64,000 nucleotides of DNA from Nannocystales bacterium. GTDB taxonomy: Bacteria; Myxococcota_A; Polyangia; Nannocystales; Nannocystaceae. Of this stretch, positions 9,042 to 18,641 are shown one piece after another; position 1 is the stretch's first letter, and each line of letters opens with the position of its first letter. The stretch is taken from positions 224,001 to 288,000 of the forward strand of contig JBOEGF010000004.1 in NCBI GenBank assembly GCA_050633305.1, read 5' to 3'. The position numbers and the translations under genes are program-made. The notes beneath the pieces are model-generated. The model saw only the letters and a list, made by a program, of their open reading frames with translations. It was not told where the DNA came from and ran no database searches.

Positions 9042-10016
9042 CTACGCCTCCCCTCGAAGAAAACGGCGGCCAAAGGAGAACATCGAGCGCAGGGCGATGC
9101 CTGCCATGTCGCGCTTCTCCAAGGTGGGCCGGAAGTCCAGCGTGTTGAAGTCGGCCGCCTCGATTCGGTCGAGGATCGCCATCCCGCCGCGCCATGTCGC
9201 GTCGAGCTCCATGGACAGTCCGGGCGAGACGCGGCGAATGAGCGGACGACCCCGTAGGAACATCGAGCGGGTGCGAGCAACCTCGTAGGCCATCAGCTCG
9301 CGGAACTCCGGGGTGTACCGCTTGGCGACCAGGTCCTCGTAGGCCACACCGAAGTGGAGCAGGTCCTCCTCGGGGATGTAGAACCGACCGCGGGGGATGT
9401 CGACGGACAGGTCCTGGAGAAAGTTGGCGATCTGCAGCGCTGCGCAGATCTCATCGCTGAAGCGGTGAAGCTGTTGCTCGCGGTGCCCGTGCACGTAGAG
9501 CACGAGCTGACCGACCGGGTTGGCGGAGTGGCTGCAGTAGTGCAGGCGCTCGGCGTGCGACCCGTAGCGAACCCCGGTGAGGTCCATGCGGAAGGCGGTG
9601 AGAAGCGCCTTGAGCGGTCCGATCGGGATGTTGTGGCGGCGCACCGTGTCGCGCAGGGCGATGAACACGGGGTGCTGAACCTCGCGGTGGTAGCAACTCT
9701 CGAGCAGTTGCTCCCACGTCGAGAGCGCTTCGTTGCGACGCCCTTCGAACCGAGGCTCGTCTGCGAAGTCGTCGGCCGAGCGTGCGAAAGCGTAGATCGC
9801 GAAGACCTGAGGCCGCAGGTGGGCCGGCAAGAACCGGGAGGCCACCGGGAAGTTCTCGTAGTGGTTGGTGGCCATCCGCTCGCACCAGCGGTAGCCGGTC
9901 TCGACGGTCCAAGGACCGGCGGGTGCACCGTCGGGCGCGGTGAAGCCCTCGCTGAGGTCATCGGCGGTGGATTCGAGCGGAACGGCGAAGAGTCGTGGTT
10001 CGGTAGCGCTGACCAT
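9042..10016 (-). CDS. hpnC: Hydroxysqualene synthase HpnC
   Basis: HYENFPVAS, FARSADDFADE, SANPVG and ALQIANFLQD motifs. Confidence 0.92.
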   Translation of the reverse strand: MVSATEPRLFAVPLESTADDLSEGFTAPDGAPAGPWTVETGYRWCERMATNHYENFPVASRFLPAHLRPQVFAIYAFARSADDFADEPRFEGRRNEALSTWEQLLESCYHREVQHPVFIALRDTVRRHNIPIGPLKALLTAFRMDLTGVRYGSHAERLHYCSHSANPVGQLVLYVHGHREQQLHRFSDEICAALQIANFLQDLSVDIPRGRFYIPEEDLLHFGVAYEDLVAKRYTPEFRELMAYEVARTRSMFLRGRPLIRRVSPGLSMELDATWRGGMAILDRIEAADFNTLDFRPTLEKRDMAGIALRSMFSFGRRFLRGEA

Positions 10017-10055
10017 GGTTGTCCCCCAAGTGCAGTCGTAGTGGTGCGGTGCGTT

Positions 10056-12347
10056 TCAGCCCGCGGAAGGTTCCTTCGAGTCGCCACCCCCGGCGGCTCG
10101 GAGTTCTGCCAGCAGCGCGGTCGCGCGTTCGGCTTTGATTTCCCCGTCGGCGACCAGTGCGGCCGCGAGGCGTTCGACCTCGTCGGCCTCGGCCCCAGCT
10201 CCCAGCGCGACGCTGCGAGCGTGCAAGGACATGTGTCCCCGCTGAATTCCCTCGGTCGCCAGAGCACGACAGGCGGCGAGGTTGCTGGCGAGTCCGGCGG
10301 CCGCGATGACCTGTCCGAGCTCATGGCCGCTGTTGCAGCCGATGATCTTCAACGCCAGGCGTGCGACGGGGTGGACCCGTGTCGCACCGCCCACGATACC
10401 GACGGCGGTCGGCAAGCTCATTGACCCCTCGAGCCAGCCATCCTCGCCCTTGCGCCAGACCGCGAGTGGGCCGTAGCCGCCGTTGGCACCGCGCGTTGCG
10501 GCGAAGGCATGCGCGCTGGCTTCCATCGCGCGCCAGTCGTTGCCGGTCGCGAGAACGACCGCGTCGACCCCGTTCATGATGCCCTTGTTGTGTGTCGTCG
10601 CCCGATAGGGGTCCAGCTCGGCGAATCGGCTGGCGGAGACGATGCGATCGACGACTTCGCCCCCGGTGAAGCCCTGCGACTTGAGAGCCTCGGGCGGGAT
10701 CCGGGCGCTGACATGGGAGCACCGACGATCCGACAGATTGCTGAGGATGCGCAGCCCGGCCGTCCACTCGGTGAGCGCCTCCAGCCGGGGCGCGACCGTC
10801 TCGGCGACGGTGTTGAGGAGGTTGGCGCCCATCGCGTCCCGGCAGTCCACCAAGATGTGTACGACCACCATGGCGGGGTCGACCACCCGAACCTCGATGT
10901 CCCGCGCTCCGCCGCCGCGCTCGACCAGGCGAGGGTGGGCGCCGTCGGCCATCGCGAGCAAATCGTCCTTGTGCTCGAGCACCGACGCCGCGGCAGCGTG
11001 GGCATCGAAGCTCTCCCCAGCGGCAATGAGCTGGACTTGAGCGATCATCCACGGCGCATCGTTGTGCGCAGAGAACCCGCCGCCGGCCCGAATCATTTTC
11101 GCGGCGTTGCTGGCCGCGGCGACGACCGAAGCTTCTTCCACGCACATCGGGACGAGGAAGTCCCGGCCGTTGATGCGGAAGTTGGTTGCGATCGCCAGCG
11201 GCAGCTCGAGCGTGCCGACGACGTTCTCGATCATGTGGTTGGCGCGGTGCATGTCGAGCGCGCCAACGTCGAGATCGGAGAGCCGGGCCATGTCGAGCCC
11301 GGTCGCCTCAGCGACCGCTTTGCGTCGGGCCTGGATGTCGAGCTTGAAGAACCCCGACAGCCTGGAGTTGGTCGGAATGCGCTCTTCGGCCCGGATGCCG
11401 CGGTCCGCGACCTTGAGGTCGGAGAGCAAGGCCATCTTGTGCTCCCGGTGCAGCCGCTCCCCGAACCGATCGAGGTCCGCGCCCGAAGCCGCGAACACCA
11501 CCACGAGGTCGCCTCCGCCCGCGCCGCTGGGCTTGGCTGCGAGACCATCGGCCTCGGCCTCTTCGATGATGCGCTCGATGGCATCGGTCATGATCGGGGC
11601 CCCCGACATGGTGGCCAGCGCACGCAGGCCTTCGTTGTGACGCCGGGTTGCTTCGCGGACACCCGCGAGGCTCTTGGCGGGGTCCGGGCTGTCGCGGAAC
11701 GCGGTGAGGAACTGATCGACCGCTCCGGTGAGGAGGCCCATCGCATCGGCGTAGGGTCCGGGGCGCTCGACGGCTGCGGCCTTGACCTGTGCGACGAACC
11801 GGCTCGTGACCGCCGGCGCCCCCGCATCCACGAACCCGATGTGGGCCCACTGTGGCATGGCGACCGCCCGGGTCTTTCGATCCTGGAAGCGAAGCAGGCC
11901 TCCGAGCACCGCTGCCGCAACGTCGGCACCCGAGCCGCCGCCGCCCTGGGCTTCGGCGTGGGCGGCCAGCGCGAGGGAGAGCGCGTCCTCGCGGACCTGT
12001 GGGTCGAACGGGTCGAGACCCGCCGCGGTGAGGTGGTAGCCGATCACCGAGGCTGCAACCGCGGCACTGCTGCCCAGGCCAAGCTTGCGCGCGCCCATCG
12101 TGAACCCGCCGGTCTCCACGACGGGAGGCGCGCCGATGTCTTGCACGCCTCGGGCCTGGAGGTAGCCTTTGACCCGCTGATGAGCGCACCGTACGACTGC
12201 GGTGGGGCCCGCCTTCGGGGGGAGGGCCGGCGCGTGGGCGACTGCACGCACGTCGAGCGCCGCCACCAGGGCAGGGGCGCCCTCGAGCACCGCGTACTCG
12301 CCGATCAGGAACGCCTTGCCTGGCGCTGAAACTGGGATGTCGTTCAT
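10056..12347 (-). CDS. Fusion of phosphomevalonate kinase (GHMP) and class II HMG-CoA reductase
   Basis: N-domain: APGKAFLIGEYAVL, KLGLGSSAA, QGGGGSGADVAA, KPSGAGGGD. C-domain: ENVVG, EEASVVAA, DAMGAN, THNKGIMNG, GHMSLHA. ATG 12347 overlaps the mvaD stop (ATGA). Confidence 0.9.
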   Translation of the reverse strand: MNDIPVSAPGKAFLIGEYAVLEGAPALVAALDVRAVAHAPALPPKAGPTAVVRCAHQRVKGYLQARGVQDIGAPPVVETGGFTMGARKLGLGSSAAVAASVIGYHLTAAGLDPFDPQVREDALSLALAAHAEAQGGGGSGADVAAAVLGGLLRFQDRKTRAVAMPQWAHIGFVDAGAPAVTSRFVAQVKAAAVERPGPYADAMGLLTGAVDQFLTAFRDSPDPAKSLAGVREATRRHNEGLRALATMSGAPIMTDAIERIIEEAEADGLAAKPSGAGGGDLVVVFAASGADLDRFGERLHREHKMALLSDLKVADRGIRAEERIPTNSRLSGFFKLDIQARRKAVAEATGLDMARLSDLDVGALDMHRANHMIENVVGTLELPLAIATNFRINGRDFLVPMCVEEASVVAAASNAAKMIRAGGGFSAHNDAPWMIAQVQLIAAGESFDAHAAAASVLEHKDDLLAMADGAHPRLVERGGGARDIEVRVVDPAMVVVHILVDCRDAMGANLLNTVAETVAPRLEALTEWTAGLRILSNLSDRRCSHVSARIPPEALKSQGFTGGEVVDRIVSASRFAELDPYRATTHNKGIMNGVDAVVLATGNDWRAMEASAHAFAATRGANGGYGPLAVWRKGEDGWLEGSMSLPTAVGIVGGATRVHPVARLALKIIGCNSGHELGQVIAAAGLASNLAACRALATEGIQRGHMSLHARSVALGAGAEADEVERLAAALVADGEIKAERATALLAELRAAGGGDSKEPSAG

Positions 12348-13336
12348 GGCGAGACCTCCACGCTTGCAGCCGGACCGGGCTTGCAGATCGTGACCTCCTC
12401 GACGCCGGGTACGGCGCGGCAGCGTGTTGCGATCGCTTCCGCGTCGTCCGCCAAGCACAAGACCTTCACGTGGGGTCCCGCGTCCATCGTGACGTAGCCG
12501 TGCACGCCATCTTCGCGGGCAGCCCACACGGCGTGAATCGCCCCCAGCGAGGCGGGCTTCCAGTACACGATGGGGGGCACCGTCGCCATCATGCAGGCGT
12601 GCATCTTGAAGCACGAATGTTCGACAATCGCGCCCAGACGCGGCAGATCGCGCGCTTCGATGGCGGCTTGCGCCGCGTCGAGGTCTTGAATCGAGGTGTC
12701 CACCCAGGGTTGGTAGTAGGGTGACGTATCGCGGCTGGCTTGCATGCCTTCGGTCGATCCGACCGGCTTCACGCCACGTGTGGTCTGCACCACGACGAGC
12801 CTGAGCGGCCAAGCATCGGCTCCGGGCAAGGGGCGTGCGACGCAATCGCGCCCGTCATCGGACTGCCCGGCATCGAGGCGAACGAATCCGCCGAAGATGC
12901 TTCGGGCCGCGCTTCCAGACCCCATCCGAGAAAACTCAGAGAGCCGCTCGGTGGTGAGGTCGAGCTCGAACGCCGTGGCGGCCGCCATGGTGAGCGCTGC
13001 GAACCCACTCGCCGAACTGGCCAAACCAGCCGCGGTCGGCAGGTGGTTGATCGAGGTCACCGCGCAGGTCGGGCGTGGGGTCTCGTGTGCACTGGCCCAC
13101 AGGCGGTCCAGGTGTGCGTAGACTTTTTGCTCCGGTTTGCCCGAGACTACGGCCTCGTCGAGGACGAAGCTGTCCGCAGCGGCGGCAGTCACGGTCGTGA
13201 CGGTACGAAGGCCGTCGAGCGTCATCGAAAGCGAACCCACTGCGGGCAGGTTCAGCGTGGGGTCAACGTCGGCGCGCTTTCCCCAGTACTTCACCAGCGC
13301 GATGTTGGAGTGGGCCGTGGCGGTCGCGGTCTTCAT
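12344..13336 (-). CDS. mvaD: Diphosphomevalonate decarboxylase
   Basis: NIALVKYWGK, PTAAGLASSASG, SGSAARS, TMDAGPHVK. Confidence 0.95.
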   Translation of the reverse strand: MKTATATAHSNIALVKYWGKRADVDPTLNLPAVGSLSMTLDGLRTVTTVTAAAADSFVLDEAVVSGKPEQKVYAHLDRLWASAHETPRPTCAVTSINHLPTAAGLASSASGFAALTMAAATAFELDLTTERLSEFSRMGSGSAARSIFGGFVRLDAGQSDDGRDCVARPLPGADAWPLRLVVVQTTRGVKPVGSTEGMQASRDTSPYYQPWVDTSIQDLDAAQAAIEARDLPRLGAIVEHSCFKMHACMMATVPPIVYWKPASLGAIHAVWAAREDGVHGYVTMDAGPHVKVLCLADDAEAIATRCRAVPGVEEVTICKPGPAASVEVSP

Positions 13337-14262
13337 GGCTGTAGATCAATGAGTACGGGCGTGAGCCCGCGGTCCCGCAGGGCGCTGCAAAGCGTCGCGG
13401 GGTCGTCTGGGGGTAGGCAGAGGATGCACCCGCCGCCGCCGGCACCGGTCAGCTTGGCTCCGCGCGCGCCGCAGTCCAGTGCTACGCCGCACAGCTCATC
13501 GAGGATCGGCGATGAAACGTCGAGGCTCGAAAGCAATGGGTGTGCGATGTTAAAAAGCTCGCCCAAGTGACCGAGATCATTTGTCGCAATGGCCGATATT
13601 GAGCGGTCGACCAGGGCCCCGAGCGCATCGAGGACAGGTCGAACGACCATCGTGAATCGGTCGTGACGAACGCGGACCTTGGCGACCTGATCGGCGGTGC
13701 TGCGGGGCTGCCCCGAGGGGATGACCACCAGTGACAGCGGGTGCCTCAGTGGGATCGCCTCAACTTCGGCGCCCCGGACATACCTCAACAGCCCTCCGCG
13801 GGCCGCCACCTCGGAGTCGATCCCTGATGGCTCGCCGTGGAACACTCGTTCGCCGGCCAACGAAGCTTCGACCACCGTTTCGACCGGAGCGTCCTGTCCC
13901 AGGCACAGCCGCGCCAACGCGACGGTGAGGGCGGCCGAGGATCCCAGGCCGGCCCGAGAGGGCAGGGTCGTGCTGCCCTCGATGGTCCAACCGAGCAGCG
14001 GGCCGTCGCAGACGCCCAGCACCGCGAGCGCGGCTCGAGCCACCGGGTGATCGGTGTCGGGCGAGAGGGTGACGTCGATGTCCCACGCCGGGATGCGCAG
14101 CTGAACCGGGAGCTCGGCTGGACCCTGCGTGGCGGTCAACTCCAGCGAGGACGGAATTGCGGCCGCCAACGCGGGGTAGCCGTAGACCACCGAGTGCTCT
14201 CCAGCGACGATCACCTTTCCGCAGGCGGTCGCCCGGGGGTGCAGCGAGGGCTTGGGGTTCAT
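13333..14262 (-). CDS. mvk: Mevalonate kinase
   Basis: GKVIVAGEHSVVYG, GLGSSAA, HGEPSGID, KLTGAGGGG; ATG 14262 overlaps the fni stop. Confidence 0.93.
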   Translation of the reverse strand: MNPKPSLHPRATACGKVIVAGEHSVVYGYPALAAAIPSSLELTATQGPAELPVQLRIPAWDIDVTLSPDTDHPVARAALAVLGVCDGPLLGWTIEGSTTLPSRAGLGSSAALTVALARLCLGQDAPVETVVEASLAGERVFHGEPSGIDSEVAARGGLLRYVRGAEVEAIPLRHPLSLVVIPSGQPRSTADQVAKVRVRHDRFTMVVRPVLDALGALVDRSISAIATNDLGHLGELFNIAHPLLSSLDVSSPILDELCGVALDCGARGAKLTGAGGGGCILCLPPDDPATLCSALRDRGLTPVLIDLQP

Positions 14263-15314
14263 CCCTGCGGCATCCAGTGGGCAAGCTCGCCCGTCACGAT
14301 CTTCGGGGCGGCACGCAGATCCGCCACGGTCCGCGACCCGGTCAGCAGCATGTGCGCCCGGACGGAGTGCATGACCTGCTGCAGGAACGTCTTGGCACCC
14401 TCGTAGCCACCGGCCTTGTGGGCCTTGAGGACTTGCGCCGCGAGACCGCCTGCGCTCGCGCCCAGGGCCACGGCCTTGGCGACCTCGGTGCCGGACTTCA
14501 GGCCCCCGGTCGCGATGACGTCCAGGCCGAGTCCGGCACATTGCGCCACCGAAGCTGCAGTGGGGATGCCCCAGTCCCACAGCTCGTTGGCCAGCGCTTT
14601 GTCTTCCTCGTTGATCGCCCGGTGAGCTTCGACGGCGACCCAGCTCGTGCCACCGGCTCCGCTGACGTCGACGGTGCGGACCCCAGTCTCGTAGATCTTC
14701 TTGGCCACGGCGCGGGAGAGGCCGCAGCCGGTCTCCTTGGCCACCACGGGGATCGTGAGTTCTTCGGCCAGGCGCGCGAGGGTGGGGAGCCCGTTGCGGA
14801 AGTCTCGGTCCCCGCCTGGCTGCACGATTTCCATCGCCGGGTTGAGGTGGATGCACAGCGCATCGGCCCCGATGTTCCCGACCAGATCGTGAATCTCTTG
14901 GGCGCTCATCGATGCCGCCTGCTGGACGCCAAGGTTGCCCAGCAGCAACATGTTGGGCGCGACGTCCCGAACCTGGAAGGTCCAGGTGGTGTCGGGGCGC
15001 TCGAACATGGCCCGCTGCGAGCCGACGCCGAAGCCCAACCCAAGCTCATCGGCGGCGCGGGCGATGTCGGTGTTCACCTTGTGTGCCCGATCGGTCCCCC
15101 CGGTCATCGCCGCCACGATGAAGGGAGCCTGGAGCGTCTTGCCCAGCAGCTGTGTACTGCTGTCGACCTCGTCAAAGTGCATCTCAGGCAGCGCGTCGTG
15201 AATCAGCCGCACGTCCTCGAAGCCGGTGGTTTTGTCTCGAAAGGCCACGTTGGGGCCCGAGCACAGGGCCAGGTGGTCTTTCTTGCGCTGCGAGATGTCG
15301 AGGCGGTCTGCCAT
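14259..15314 (-). CDS. fni: Type 2 isopentenyl-diphosphate delta-isomerase (FMN-dependent)
   Basis: RKKDHL, AMTGG, GSQR, HLNPAME, KETGCG, GAGGTSW; start ATG 15314. Confidence 0.95.
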   Translation of the reverse strand: MADRLDISQRKKDHLALCSGPNVAFRDKTTGFEDVRLIHDALPEMHFDEVDSSTQLLGKTLQAPFIVAAMTGGTDRAHKVNTDIARAADELGLGFGVGSQRAMFERPDTTWTFQVRDVAPNMLLLGNLGVQQAASMSAQEIHDLVGNIGADALCIHLNPAMEIVQPGGDRDFRNGLPTLARLAEELTIPVVAKETGCGLSRAVAKKIYETGVRTVDVSGAGGTSWVAVEAHRAINEEDKALANELWDWGIPTAASVAQCAGLGLDVIATGGLKSGTEVAKAVALGASAGGLAAQVLKAHKAGGYEGAKTFLQQVMHSVRAHMLLTGSRTVADLRAAPKIVTGELAHWMPQG

Positions 15315-15454
15315 GGGCTCGCGCAGACTTACCGGCCCGGCCGTTGCGAGGCCAGCGAACCTCTCGTACTTCGCCGTGATCGGGCGCACGGAACCGTGCG
15401 GGGCGACGCTCCCGCAGCGCGAGCCGCAACGTGCGTGATTCGCTCCGCAGTGGC

Positions 15455-16393
15455 ATGGTGCGACGGGTGTCCCGCCCGATTCGCGGCCGCTACGCACCGA
15501 GCCCGACGGGTCGTCTTCACTTGGGCAACGTGCGCACCGCATTGCTGTCCTGGCTGCAGATTCGAGCGTTGGGCGGGACGTATGTGATGCGGATCGAGGA
15601 TGTGGACACAGGCCGCTCACGGCCCATGTTCGAAACCACACTCCTCGAAGACCTGCGCTGGCTCGGGCTCGATTGGGACGAAGGCCCGGACGTTGGAGGT
15701 CCGGCGGGGCCCTACCGTCAGTCGCAATGCACGGCGCGCTACACGGATGCGTTGGCAGCGTTGCAGACGTTCGAGTGCACGTGTTCCCGCAAGGAGGTCC
15801 GTGCCGCTGCGGCGGCTCCGGCGGGTGTCGAGCCCGTCTACCCGGGGACCTGTGCCGCGGGCCCAACCCACCCAGACCGGCCCCGCGCCGTTCGGTGGCT
15901 GCCTCCCAACGAGATCGTCACGGTTCGTGATGGCCGCGCGGGCACGCTGCGCGAGGATCCTCGCCGCGAAGCGGGAGCGTTCCTTCTGCGCCGTACCGAT
16001 GGTGACTGGGCGTACAACTTCGCCGTGGTCGTCGATGATGGTTTCATGGACATCACGCACGTGTTGCGGGGGGAGGATCTGTGGACCAGCACCCCGCGGC
16101 AGGTCGCGCTGGCCCGGGCTTTGGGGCTTGTGGAGCCCGAGTTCACGCACGCGCCGCTGCTACGCGGGCCCGACGGCCAGAAACTGAGCAAGCGGCACGG
16201 CGCCCCCGATGTCGCCGCACTGCGAGAGGCCAGCGTCGACCCCAAACGGGTCGTGGCGTGGCTTGCTCGGTCGGTCGGACTGGTCGGTGAGGGGGTGCAG
16301 CGCGCTTCGGCCGACGAGCTTGTCGCGGACTTCGCGGTCGAAGCGATCGAGGACCGCCCGGTTGCTGACAGCCCCGACCCGTGGCGCTTGTGA
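15455..16393 (+). CDS. gluQ: Glutamyl-Q tRNA(Asp) synthetase
   Basis: RYAPSPTGRLHLGN, RIED, Zn motif CTC...YPGTC, KLSKR; short, no anticodon-binding domain; start 15455 or 15467. Confidence 0.88.
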   Translation: MVRRVSRPIRGRYAPSPTGRLHLGNVRTALLSWLQIRALGGTYVMRIEDVDTGRSRPMFETTLLEDLRWLGLDWDEGPDVGGPAGPYRQSQCTARYTDALAALQTFECTCSRKEVRAAAAAPAGVEPVYPGTCAAGPTHPDRPRAVRWLPPNEIVTVRDGRAGTLREDPRREAGAFLLRRTDGDWAYNFAVVVDDGFMDITHVLRGEDLWTSTPRQVALARALGLVEPEFTHAPLLRGPDGQKLSKRHGAPDVAALREASVDPKRVVAWLARSVGLVGEGVQRASADELVADFAVEAIEDRPVADSPDPWRL

Positions 16394-16424
16394 CCCACGG
16401 GCCGTCCCAGATACAACCGCGGAT

Positions 16425-18641
16425 GTGCGTCGCTCGCTCTCTCCCTTGGCCTGCGTGTTGTTGCTGACCTTCGGTGGCTGCAACAAAGACACTTCGCTGT
16501 CCGAGCCCGCGGGCCCCGAGGCGGCCGCGCCCTCGGCCGACCCGGTCGCGAGCCTGGTCTATCCCCAGGCCCAGCGCGTCGAGCACGTCGACACGTATCA
16601 CGGCATCTCGGTCCCCGATCCCTATCGCTGGCTCGAGAACATCGACAGCGACGAGACGCAGCAATGGGTTCGCGCGCAGAACGATCTGACCTTCGGCGTG
16701 CTCGACGACATTGAGGCTCGCGACGCCCTGCGCACGCGGCTGACCGCACTGTGGGACTACGAGCGTTGGGGCGTCCCAAGGCGCCGGGGCGACGTGTACT
16801 TCGTCAGCCGCAACGATGGCCTGCAAAACCAGTCGGTGCTCTACACGATGAAGAGCCCGGACGACACGCCTCGCCCGTTGCTAGACCCCAACACGCTGTC
16901 CACGGACGGAACCGTCGCACTCTCCGGGACATGGCCGAGTCGCGACGGGAAGTACCTCGCCTACGGCGTCTCCGAGGCGGGGTCGGATTGGCAGACGTGG
17001 AAGGTTCGCGACGTGGCCACCGGAAAAGACACCGGAGACACGCTGGGCTCGATCAAGTTTGCCCATGCCGCCTGGACGCCGGATGGCAAGGGCTTCTACT
17101 ACGCCCGGTACCCCGAGGCGAAACAGGGCGACGAACTCGAGCAGCTCAACTACGACCAGAAACTCTACTACCACCAGCTCGGCCAGTCTCAGGACCAGGA
17201 CACGTTGGTCTACGAGCGTCCGGACCACAAGGATTGGGGCTTCGACGGCTCCGTCAGCCATGACGGCCGCTTTCTGGTGATCACGGTCCGGCTGGGCACC
17301 GACCCCAAGAAGAGCGTGATCGTTTCCGACCTGCGGCCTAGCAAGAAGAAGCGCGGTGCCAAGCCCACCGCGGCGTTCATCGACCTGCTGCCGGGGTTCA
17401 AAGCGGCGTACAGCTTCATCGGCAACGAGGGCGACGCGCTCCTCTTCCGAACGAACGACGACGCGCCCCGAGGACGCATCATCGCGATCGACGTAAAAAA
17501 GCCCGGTCGCGAGCACTGGGAGGAACGTGTTGCGCAGCAGGACGCGACGCTGCGCGGTGCGGGCATCGTCGGAGGCCGCTTGGTGCTGAGCTACCTCGAC
17601 AAGGCGGTCAGCAAGGTCTCGATTCACGCCACGTCCGGCAAGCACGAGCGAGACGTGGCGCTGCCCGGACTGGGTACTGCCAGCGGTGTCGTTGGCGAGG
17701 AGGAGCACGACGAGGCGTTCTTCTCCTTCACCAGCCTGGCCACTCCGGGGTCGGTGTACGGCATCGACGTTTCGAGCGCGGCGGTGACCCCGTTCAAGAC
17801 GCCCAAGATGGCGTTCAACCCCGACGACTTCACCGTCTCTCAGGTGTTCTATCCGAGCGCGGACGGCACCTCGATCCCGATGTTCATCGCGCACAAGAAG
17901 GGCGTGACGCCCACGGGGGACAACCCGACGTACCTGTATGGATACGGTGGGTTCAACATCCCCCTCACCCCGTCGTTCTCGGTCCCAAACCTCGTCTGGA
18001 TGGAGATGGGTGGGGTGTTTGCGATGCCAAACCTGCGCGGGGGAGGCGAGTTCGGCGAGGCTTGGCATCAGGCCGGGACCAAGCTGGAAAAGCAGAACGT
18101 CTTCGATGACTTCATCGCGGCCGCCGAGTATCTGATCGCGCAGGGATGGACGGCGCCCGAGCACCTGGCGATCGGAGGCCGAAGCAACGGTGGCCTGCTT
18201 GTCGGGGCGACGATGACGCAACGACCGGAGCTGTTTGCGGCCGCGCTCCCCGGGGTGGGGGTGATGGACATGCTGCGCTTCAACAAGTTCACCATCGGCT
18301 GGGCGTGGGAGAGCGACTACGGATCTCCACAGGACCCCAAGCAGTTCGAGGCGTTGTTCGCCTACTCGCCGTATCACAACCTCAAGCAGGGGACGGACTA
18401 CCCCGCGACCATGGTCTACACCGCAGATCATGACGACCGGGTGCTTCCGGCCCATAGCTACAAGTTTGCGGCCGCGCTTCAACACGCCCATGTCGGCGAG
18501 GACCCCGTTTTGATCCGTATCGACGTGCGTGCTGGGCACGGAGCGGGCAAGCCCACGGCGAAACGCATCGAGGAGTGGGCGGACCTCTGGGGCTTCCTCG
18601 TGACGCATCTGGAGATGGACGTCTCGGAGCTGCCTTCGTGA
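16425..18641 (+). CDS. Prolyl oligopeptidase (S9A), predicted lipoprotein
   Basis: DPYRWLE; catalytic Ser in GRSNGG, Asp in DHDDRV, His in AGHG; lipobox LTFGGC. Confidence 0.93.
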   Translation: MRRSLSPLACVLLLTFGGCNKDTSLSEPAGPEAAAPSADPVASLVYPQAQRVEHVDTYHGISVPDPYRWLENIDSDETQQWVRAQNDLTFGVLDDIEARDALRTRLTALWDYERWGVPRRRGDVYFVSRNDGLQNQSVLYTMKSPDDTPRPLLDPNTLSTDGTVALSGTWPSRDGKYLAYGVSEAGSDWQTWKVRDVATGKDTGDTLGSIKFAHAAWTPDGKGFYYARYPEAKQGDELEQLNYDQKLYYHQLGQSQDQDTLVYERPDHKDWGFDGSVSHDGRFLVITVRLGTDPKKSVIVSDLRPSKKKRGAKPTAAFIDLLPGFKAAYSFIGNEGDALLFRTNDDAPRGRIIAIDVKKPGREHWEERVAQQDATLRGAGIVGGRLVLSYLDKAVSKVSIHATSGKHERDVALPGLGTASGVVGEEEHDEAFFSFTSLATPGSVYGIDVSSAAVTPFKTPKMAFNPDDFTVSQVFYPSADGTSIPMFIAHKKGVTPTGDNPTYLYGYGGFNIPLTPSFSVPNLVWMEMGGVFAMPNLRGGGEFGEAWHQAGTKLEKQNVFDDFIAAAEYLIAQGWTAPEHLAIGGRSNGGLLVGATMTQRPELFAAALPGVGVMDMLRFNKFTIGWAWESDYGSPQDPKQFEALFAYSPYHNLKQGTDYPATMVYTADHDDRVLPAHSYKFAAALQHAHVGEDPVLIRIDVRAGHGAGKPTAKRIEEWADLWGFLVTHLEMDVSELPS

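Noticed and set aside
8142..10016. Carotenoid (crtB/crtM-crtI) cluster
   Set aside because: Two synthase paralogues with HpnC (YENFPVAS) and HpnD signatures plus an HpnE-type oxidoreductase fit squalene synthesis better.
12348..12845. Upstream extensions on ORF-track calls (also 8113-8340, 14263-14856, 15315-15866, 34922-35347, 44997-45515, 49630-50358)
   Set aside because: They overlap neighbouring real genes and are low-complexity; family motifs, ATGA overlaps or signal peptides define the downstream starts.
15455..16393. Truncated gltX pseudogene
   Set aside because: The length, the CxC...YxxxC zinc motif and the absent anticodon domain are normal for GluQ.
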